A stretch of 64,000 bases of DNA, taken from the human T2T-CHM13v2.0 reference genome, Homo sapiens. The translations under genes were made by a program, and so were the position numbers. Location of the stretch: the NCBI RefSeq assembly GCF_009914755.1, contig NC_060930.1; one strand, given 5' to 3'. Position 1 is the stretch's first letter. Each line of letters begins with the position of its first letter. The notes under the pieces are model-generated. The model was not told the origin of the DNA. It searched no databases and saw nothing but the letters and a program-made list of their open reading frames with translations. Below are positions 54,965 through 64,000 of this stretch, in pieces.

Positions 54965-56000
54965 ATTAAACTTTTATTTTAGAGTAGTTTTAGATTTACA
55001 GAACAGTTGCAAGGATAGTACAGAGAGGTCCTGTATACTCCATAACAAGTTTCCCCTGTATTAATATCCTATGCTACTATGGTACATTTGTCACAACAAA
55101 TGAACCAATATTGATGTTATTAACTAATGTCTGTACTTTATTTGTATTTCCTTAGTTTTAAGCTGATGTCTTTTTTTCTGTTCCAATATCTCTTCCAAGA
55201 TACCATATTACTTTTAGAAGTAATATTTCCTTAGGCTTCTCTTGGCTTTGAAAGTTTCTCAGACTTTTCTTGCTTTTGATGACCTTAACAGATTTGAGAA
55301 ATTCTAGTCAAGTATTTTTTAGAATGTCTGTCAATTGGGATTTGTCTGATAATTTTTTGATGACTAGACTCAGAAAATGTACTTTTGAAAGGAAGATGAG
55401 AGACAAAAAGTGCCATTCTCATCATTTCATATCAAAAGTTTAGGTTATTAACACGGCTGTGTATGTTGATGTTAACCTTGGTCCTGTAGCTCAGGTAGCA
55501 ATTGTCAGACTTCTCCACTGTAAAGCTGCTCTTCCCTCCATGACCCCCTTTTTACATGCCATACTCTTTGAAAGCCAGTCACTATCTGCTGTCCAAATTT
55601 AAGGGATGGGGAGTTTTGTTCCACTTCATTAAGTTCAAAGTACCTACATAAATTATTTGGGATTATTGTACAAAAAGATGCATCTATTACTTCTCATTTA
55701 TTCATTCAACCATACATTTCCATTAGTATGGACTCTTACATATTTATATTTTGGGTACCAGCCAATATTCCTTTATTTTGGTGCTCAAATCATTCTAGCT
55801 TTGATCATTGGGAGCTCCTTCCATTGGCTCGCTTTGACTTAATCTCAGACTTTTGTGTTTAAGTACTTCCACATTTTCTGGCATTACAATATTATTCATG
55901 CTATATTTCATGCTTTAGTCCTAAAATTAGCTAGATCTCTAAGGAGATTTGATTTTTTAAATTGAAGAATGTATGAAAATCCAAAATCTGGGCAGTAGAA
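54965..56000 (-). mobile_element. L1MB/MC-type 3' end, antisense
   Basis: gtagttttagatttacagaacagttgcaaggatagtacagagagg motif. Confidence 0.65.
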
Positions 56001-56027
56001 AAACAGCTATTTTTTAAATGAAGTCTA

Positions 56028-56232
56028 CCAGCCTGGGCAACACAGTGAAACCCTGTCTCTACAAAAATACAAAAACTACCCTGATATGCTGGCATGCACC
56101 TGTAGTCCTATCTACTCAGGGGACTAAGGGGAGGATCACTTAAGCCCAGGAGGCAGAGGCTGCAGTGAGCTACGATAGCACCACTGCACCCCAACCTTGT
56201 TGACAGAGTGAGATCCTCTCTCAAAAAATAAA
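56028..56232 (+). mobile_element. 5'-truncated AluJ
   Basis: Starts ccagcctgggcaacacagtg; perfect TSD aaatgaagtcta (56016-56027, 56233-56244). Confidence 0.88.
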
Positions 56233-57246
56233 AAATGAAGTCTAATATTTTTACCGAGATTACTTAGGCCATTCCCTCTGTATCTTTAAAGATGTATGAT
56301 TAAATAAGTATGAATTGATATCCCACCTGCCCAAGCATGATAAAATAGTGTCTATTATATAAATATTACATATTTGTTAGAACATTGTTGGAAATTATAA
56401 TTAAACAATTATTATTAATTTTTGGCAGACATTGTGGTATTTAAATAACATTTCTCATTTAAATTACATTCAACTAAATGAGCTAGATATATTCTTATTG
56501 TCATTTAACAGTGAGAAAGTTATAACTTAATGTGTTTAAATGGATGTAAAAATATTTGAAGTGAGGCAAACAATCTTACATTTTTCATAAGTAATTATAA
56601 GATACCTTTTTAAGGTAAATAGGTATAACATTAAAAAAAATCTAAATTAATTTTATTTAGTTGAACAGTTTCAAATTTCTTAGCTTAGAAAGAGATACTA
56701 AAGTTCAAGGAAGTACTCAATGAATTAGTATCTATATACTAGTTGCAATAATATATTAACATATTTATAAGGCAAAGCAAGGATTTGTTTAGTTTATGGA
56801 GAAAAAATACAATTCCTGAACTGAAGTTGAAGAAATACCATCAAAGTTGAACACTGAAAAATTAAACAGATGATTAGCTTAGAAAGAAGAAGAGAAAACT
56901 TGACAATTTCATAAGAAATTAAATAATACAGAAGAATATTTCAAATATAACATGCTAGGCTGGTAATATATTCCTTCCTTACTTTTTTATTGTATCTTTT
57001 GGTTTCATTGGTGACCTTTCAAATAGAAAAATAAGAAACTCAACTATTTTAGTGTGTATGTAAACAAAACTAATTTCACTCTAGTTTCTGCCTAAGGAAT
57101 AATTGGTTGGTCACTTTAGAAGCTGACTTTAAGAAAATGAAGGACTAATAATGTTGTTGGAAGACTGAAATGAGTTCAGACAAGAGACAGAAGTGCTTTT
57201 TAAAGTTAATTATGTTTGCTTTTCCTTATCCCTTGGTGTTCATTAC

Positions 57247-57360
57247 CTTTAAATGGAGGCACACACTGGCAGAAGTAATTACCAGGTTGGTCAATGCAGG
57301 TGGCTCCATTTTTGCAGGGATGTGAAGCACACTCATCTATATCAATTTCACATTGCGTAC
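57247..57360 (-). CDS. EYS: Internal coding exon of EYS (probably exon 13), calcium-binding EGF-like repeat
   Basis: Minus strand: T-rich tract ...TTTCCTATTTTCCAAAG| acceptor, 114-nt phase 1-1 exon, AAAG|GTAATG donor. Translates (G)[37 protein letters not shown] with cbEGF consensus DIDEC...C-x-D-x4-Y-x-C. Peptide and length match my recollection of human EYS c.2024-2137. Confidence 0.93.
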
Positions 57361-57774
57361 CTTTGGAAAATAGGAAAAAAAAATGTTAAGTGTTAACAAG
57401 ACAGGCATGTATCAAGTCGTAATTCTTAAATTTGCACAAGCCTTTAATCCACTTAGGATGACATCTGAAACCAAATTTATTAGATAAGAATGCCACATAT
57501 ATTACTATCAGAACCCATTTATTTCACCTTGCTACAAACTGTAGTAACTTCTCTTAGAATTACTAAAAGGACACTAATCTCTTCTGAGTTTGTAGGCATG
57601 CAAAGTCTCTTTAGATGTGAACTAATTTATCTTTTGCTAGAGAGTCTAGAGATGGTGCAGATATTTCAGGTTACTGAAATGCAGATCAAATGTTAGGTGA
57701 AAGGAAATAAAAAAGGAACGAAAAGAAAATATTGGTGAATCAATAACATCCTGATGTATGTCCCTGAGGGCTGA

Positions 57775-58125
<351 letters not shown>

Positions 58126-58838
58126 TAATAAAGCCATGAGTAATGGGTAGATGCATTTCAATCTACTCATGATCTTTGTAGATATAATATTATGGTGCCA
58201 GGGTGATGAATTACTTTTTTTCTAGTAATTTTACAACGTAAGCCTATATGGAAAGAAAACAAATAAATGTCCATTAACTATATAGTCTTAGCATTTTCTT
58301 TAAACTGTTGTCCAATTCATATTTTCATTCATCCTCCACCTAGAACTTGTTTTGCTAAAGCTGACCTTTCTTATTATACCACTTAGATTGCTTAATTTCC
58401 CAACAGTTGAAAATCATAGCCTCAACTGACACTGAATTGATTTTTATCACTTATGACAGCTAATTTTCTTACCAATTTATAACAATAATAGAAAATTGAC
58501 ATTGACACAATGCAAATTATTAGCAAATTATTTGAATGGAAACATTCCTTCTTTTTTTAAAAAAATTCTGTAAAACAGTAACATGAATTTAGAAAGAAGA
58601 AAACCTACATCAAATTAATCTAATAGGAATCAACGTACTGGACTAAATAGAAAATATCACTATTATCACTGACAAAATGAAATATTTAGTGAATACCTGA
58701 CACTAGAACATCAGGGTAAGCTGAGAAAAAAAGTGAATATTAAAAAGAATTATGTGAGTGAATGAAAACTTTTTAAACCTTAAATATATTAGTTTTTTTA
58801 ATGAGATAATTTAATTTTGTGGAAATTGAGAACCCTAC

Positions 58839-59429
58839 TGTCAAAGCAAAAGTTTAACCAGAAAAAAAGTTAAACAATCAGGAAAGATTTTATTGAAGGC
58901 TATTGCAATCAAGGAGAGAAGCCAAAAATCAGTCTGAGTTTGACTCCATTGTAACAATGGTTGAGAGTTTTTAAGAGCTGGGGTAAGAGAGCTCATAGGT
59001 CATATGCATTTGCTATTTAGCCTTAACAAAAAGAAAATTAGATTTGTTTTTCAATCTTCAAGTTAGGAGGTAGTATTACAACTTGGATCAAGGTGCATAC
59101 CAAAGTTAGTCTCCTACCCTCCTACAGAGACTGGGAGATTACATATGCTATCTTCCTTACACTTCAAAGGGATGGCTCCCAGGTCCTTGAGAAAGATAGT
59201 CTTGGGTTCCTAAATGAACAAGAGGCTTTTAAAGATATTTATACCCCAAAGAGGCAAAGAAAGAATTTATAATTATTGGGTTCTGAAGTAAATTCTCTAA
59301 GAAAATGAAGGGGAGGAACTTCTGTGGTTAGATCATTTAGATCCTGTAAAGAGGTAACAAGAGAAGCACCTCAGGAAGAAACCTGTTTAAGTTTAGTCAC
59401 ACTGAGGGAAACCTGTTTGTCTTGTGACA
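58839..59429 (-). mobile_element. ERV1 LTR (MER31-like)
   Basis: tgtcaaagcaaaag...tttattgaaggctattgcaat...aaagggatggctcccaggtccttgagaaag; subfamily uncertain. Confidence 0.55.
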
Positions 59430-60364
59430 AATACACTTTGTGGAGATTCCTACAGTCCTCAAGTTCCCAAAGACTGGAAGGAGGAAAGAAATAATGAAAT
59501 ATTAATTTATAATATTAACATGATACTCTTCTAAATTTCTGGTGAAGTTGGAGAAACATGGGTCACATTCCTGCACACAGGGGAATCAATCACCCTGTCC
59601 CTCTCTAGGTTACTATTCTTAAATATGTCTCTGTGTCTTCTGATCCCAGCTTCCCCTTATCAACCTGAATGTCACACTGCCATGAGCTTGTATTTCTAAA
59701 AGACAAATGTGATGAAATAGCTAACAATTTCAGCCTTCAATTTCTTTCCACCCCTCATCCGTATTTCCCAAACTAATCTATTAGAGCAATCCTAACTAAT
59801 GAGGATAAAGAATTTATGATCTTAGACATCAGGAGGGTTTGACAAGACACCTACAAGGAAGACTTTTTTTTTTTTTCAAATTTGACACTTTAAATTCATG
59901 CAAATCTTGGATTTTGCATCATATTTTATCCTCATTAATATATAACACATTCTATAACACAATACGTATACACCCATAGGGAAACTTGACAGTCCAAGAT
60001 GATTCTACAATCACTGTTGTGACTTTCATGAAGCTTTAAATTCATCCCCTAAAGTACAGTGCTTTAGCAGGAGAAATACAAATTTAGAGGATGATGTAAA
60101 AAACTCACAGCATACTTTACAGGAACATCATGGTCTGTACCTAGCCTTCCTTCTTGGTCTTCTCTCTCTTATCCTTCCCTGTTTCTTGTTCACCCTCTTA
60201 CCCAAGTAACCACAATGAATTTTTAAATGCCTGTGATTTTGCCTGGGAATACCTGGTTTCCTTTTAAAACCTGGATCATCTCAGGTATCCTCTGCCTATT
60301 CTTTCTGGGTACAGGTTAGCACAACACTTTTCTAGTGTTTACACCTTCTTCTGCAGTCAGTTGC

Positions 60365-60455
60365 ATATATAAATACATATATATATATGTGTATATACAT
60401 GTGTATATATATGTGTATATATATATATATATATACACACACATACATATATATG
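60365..60455. repeat. (TA)n/(TG)n/(CA)n microsatellite
   Basis: Direct inspection. Confidence 0.9.
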
Positions 60456-61699
60456 TAATTTCTTTAAAATGTATGCTTATGAAAATATTTTCTAGTATCC
60501 ATGGCTCTTAGAATAGCTACTGTCTGATATTAGTGCTCAAAAACCATTTGTTAAATGAATGAAAAATTAACAGACTAAATGCAGAAAAATGCCAATGATA
60601 CTGTATCTGTAAAGGACAGGTAATCATTTTCAATCCTGTTTAGGACAAATCATTAACAAAATAATAAAATTCCAAATGATGTAATAAATATCATAAAGAT
60701 TGCCAGAAACAGATTTTGCGACTGACTCTTCAATTTCAGAGTGTGTTCCACATGATTTGGCAACAATAGGCCACATTTAAGGTGTACATGTATATAATTT
60801 TAGAGCTTTTATTGCCAAAATGTAGATTGAATTTAAATGAGATTTCAATTTGATTCAGTGAGCTGTAGTAAAATTTCCACTTATTTGACAAATAAATTAA
60901 TAAGCATAAGTAGTTTGAACACATTCAATAAAATAGCATTCATGTATCCTTTTCAAAAGTTTCTGGGCAGACAAATTAAACAATCAAGCATTCTACATCT
61001 CATTATTTTAAAATAGACTTTAATTTTTAAATAGTTTTAGGTTCACAGCAATATTAAGCAGAGGGTACAAAGATTTCCCATATACTCACTCCACACATGC
61101 GTAATCTCTCCCATTATCGACATCCCCCACCAGACTGGAGACATTTGTGACAACTGATGAACGTACATTGACTATCAGACACTTCATTTTAAAATAAGTT
61201 TCATGTGTTAATTTCTAAATAATCATATTTTTTCTTCCTCATGTATTTCTAGGTCTATGTTTCAATTCCACCTAACACACACACATACACACACACACAT
61301 ATACATTTAAATTAGTTTTCCTTTTAATTGTTTAACTGAATTTTAATCTGTTACTTAATGATATTTACTTCCATCATATTCCTCAATTGCTTGCACCATC
61401 TGGGCTAAATCACACTGTGATCGTTTTCTCCTCATAGGAACCATCATGTAGGAATCATCCATTGACCAAAAAGCAATCCAAATAATTAGAGTTCTGTTTC
61501 ATGCATAGTATCTCAAACATTCTATGCTTTCTTTACTCTGGGTTTTCTGTTTCTTCTTACTCTTTATTTTTTTGTGGTCTGTCCTAAATCCTGAATTTGC
61601 TTCCTGTTTTCTCCTGTCCATTGGATGTCACCTTTATTTTTGTTTATTCATTCTTTCATTTGAAATTATATTTTTCTACCTATTCATGTAATTGAAACC

Positions 61700-62480
61700 A
61701 TCAACTGATTTACAGAAACCTCAACCGTATCATGCCCTCTACATGACAGACTCCCAAATCAAAATTTCTCCAGTCCCAGGAACTCCTGGCTTCAATGCCT
61801 AATTAAATATTAGTTGACAACACCACTTGGACATATTCTAGGCATCTCAAATTCAACATGGGCAAACAAAACTCTCTAAGCAGCTCTACCTTCCTTATTA
61901 ACTGTGATAAATAACAAAACCCAAGAGTTATTCTTTATTGTTCCTCACCCTCCCTGAATTATTAGTAAATCTTTGCAACTTTATGTCTAAAAATGTACCA
62001 AACCTGTCTATTTATCTCCATCTCTATTACCAATATCTAGTCTAAGTATCCCCATCCCCAATGAGAACAAGAGTTGCTTTAACTGTTTTTCTGCTTTCAC
62101 TCTTACTCTAATGCAGTGCACAACACATCCAGAGTAATTTTTTTAAGTGTAATATAATTAGGAAATACAAATCCAGTAAGAAAGTTAATGGCAGTACTCC
62201 AAACTCCTTACCTTATATGATAAGGCCCTGAAAACCTTTGAGTTTAGAACACATAGTAATCCTTTCTTGCTCACTTATTTTCCAGCCACACTGAACTTCT
62301 TTAGATTATTTTACCAAACCCATTTTTACCTGAGGGTCTTGCTCTAACAACTTCTATCACTGGAAAGTCTTCTCTGGAGGATAACTCATTCTTATCCAGT
62401 TTTTGGTGTAAATGGAAACCGCATAAAGAGGATTATCTTTACTATCCAGTAACTCCTCTCACATCACCGTCTTTTACTTT
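61700..62480 (+). mobile_element. L2 fragment
   Basis: ccacttggacatattctaggcatctcaaattcaacatg...ccagccacactgaacttc L2 motifs; strand and boundaries approximate. Confidence 0.55.
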
Positions 62481-63632
62481 GCTTTATAAAACTTATTACA
62501 CACATAGACATGCATGTATATGGGTATGAGTTTGTGTATTTCTTATTTTTGTTTGGTTTTCCTCCCACTTGAAAATTAGCACACAATAGCAAGTACCTTC
62601 TTTTCCATCCTTAGCTGTTGGAAAATAGTTGACAAAATAGTTCACAGCGCAAAGTTGGGCCACATTAAATATTTTAAATGAATTCATGTATTCTTGGAAG
62701 TCAGAGTCCATTATTAGTATATGAAAATTACATAGAAATGCAACTGTTTATATAAAACAAAGAAAAAATAGAATTATAAGAACTTAATTTACATATTTTA
62801 CAATTTTCTGAAATTATATGTAAATGTCTTTCAATCTTCAATATTTATGAATATCATTATTAAATCTGGTTATTATTAATGTAGAGGTGGAAGCTATTGC
62901 TTATCCTACTGAACTTGTTTGATCACCATCAAATTCCTTTTTACATATATTTTGGTTTGTGGAATGTATTATAAACTACATTTATTCTAAACAAAAGTCT
63001 TACTTTAACATAAAAATCTCACTGTATAGCACGTTATATGAGATTTCTTCTTCAGTAGAAAAGAAAAAGGCACTAAGTACTATTACTGTGGGAGAACTAG
63101 AGCATAGAGTATGGTCAGAAAAATGGGGGTAAATGTCCCATAATTTCAAATCAAGTCAGAGCAGTAGCTCTTTCACTTACAACCCAGGTCAGAATAATGG
63201 CCAAAAGGTGTCTGATCCAAGGAGTTTGGGAGAAAGTCAATACTTTCACCAATGATGTAATTAAATGAGGTAGAAATCTAAAGTTAAAGGAAATGTCTTT
63301 TCTCTTCCATGCTTAGTTTTCATTCAGAGTAACTTTGCCTTAAAACTCTTGACCTTCTGTTATTCAAATTTTTTTCTTCCCAAAAATGGCACAAAGAGTT
63401 ATCTAAATGGTGACAAATAGCCATTGGCTCAAAGTTGTTAGTTTACAGTACAGCTAAACTTTCAAAGTTGGCAGAAGAGTAAATCACTGTCTCTTGCCTT
63501 CCTCACTGGTACTGATAGAAGCCAATAGTCTAAGTACTCTGCTCTGCAGACTGGACATACTCATTTGGATTTTACACTAAGCTATATCCTCCTAGACTTT
63601 ATTATTAATGTAATACTTTGTTGGATGGAAGA

Positions 63633-64000
63633 ATTTTACACTAAGCTATACACTAATACTTTACACTAGGCTATATACTAATGCTCTGCCATATACTAAT
63701 ACTGCTATACAGTAACATACTTTGCTACATACTAATATACTATATATAGTATATTATATATTGCATATTATAAGTATATAGTATATATAACATATATAAT
63801 ATATATAATATATAGTATATATAGTATACTATATATCATATACTATATATTATATATGTATGATATATATATGATATATATGATATATATATCATATATA
63901 GTATACTATATATCATATAGTATACTATTCTTCTCTTTATTTTTTTGTGGATTGTCCTAAGTCCTGAATTTGCTATATATCATATAGTATATGATATATA
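63633..64000. repeat. Degenerate TA-rich tandem repeat
   Basis: tttacacta(a/g)gctata units grading into (TATAG/TATATCA)n. Confidence 0.85.

Noticed and set aside
63633-64000. Repeat-spacer (CRISPR-like) array
   Set aside because: Low-complexity degenerate TA repeat in mammalian DNA, with no constant repeat or unique spacers.

Overview
Primate (most likely human) genomic DNA, AT-rich and mostly interspersed repeats, lying inside a large minus-strand gene that I recognise from its peptide as EYS (eyes shut homolog). One intact coding exon is present (57247-57360, 114 nt, phase 1-1, [38 protein letters not shown]; exon 13 by recollection). The main surprise is a second EGF-coding segment 53 kb downstream in the same intron (4087-4281, 195 nt, open, phase 1-1). 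It has a perfect GTGAGT donor but reads AA instead of AG at the in-frame acceptor, and it supplies exactly the sixth cysteine missing from the upstream exon's EGF repeat, so it looks like a lost (pseudo)exon. It is flanked by a MER11 solo LTR and a 7-kb L1-retroposed HERV-W processed pseudogene. The rest comprises a full THE1 element, a nested Tigger2 > L1PA > MST stack, Alus, MLT1s, old L1/L2 fragments and several short templated insertions, one stitched from three donor sites 6-20 kb away. Repeat subfamily names come from recall of consensus sequences, not from a database search.
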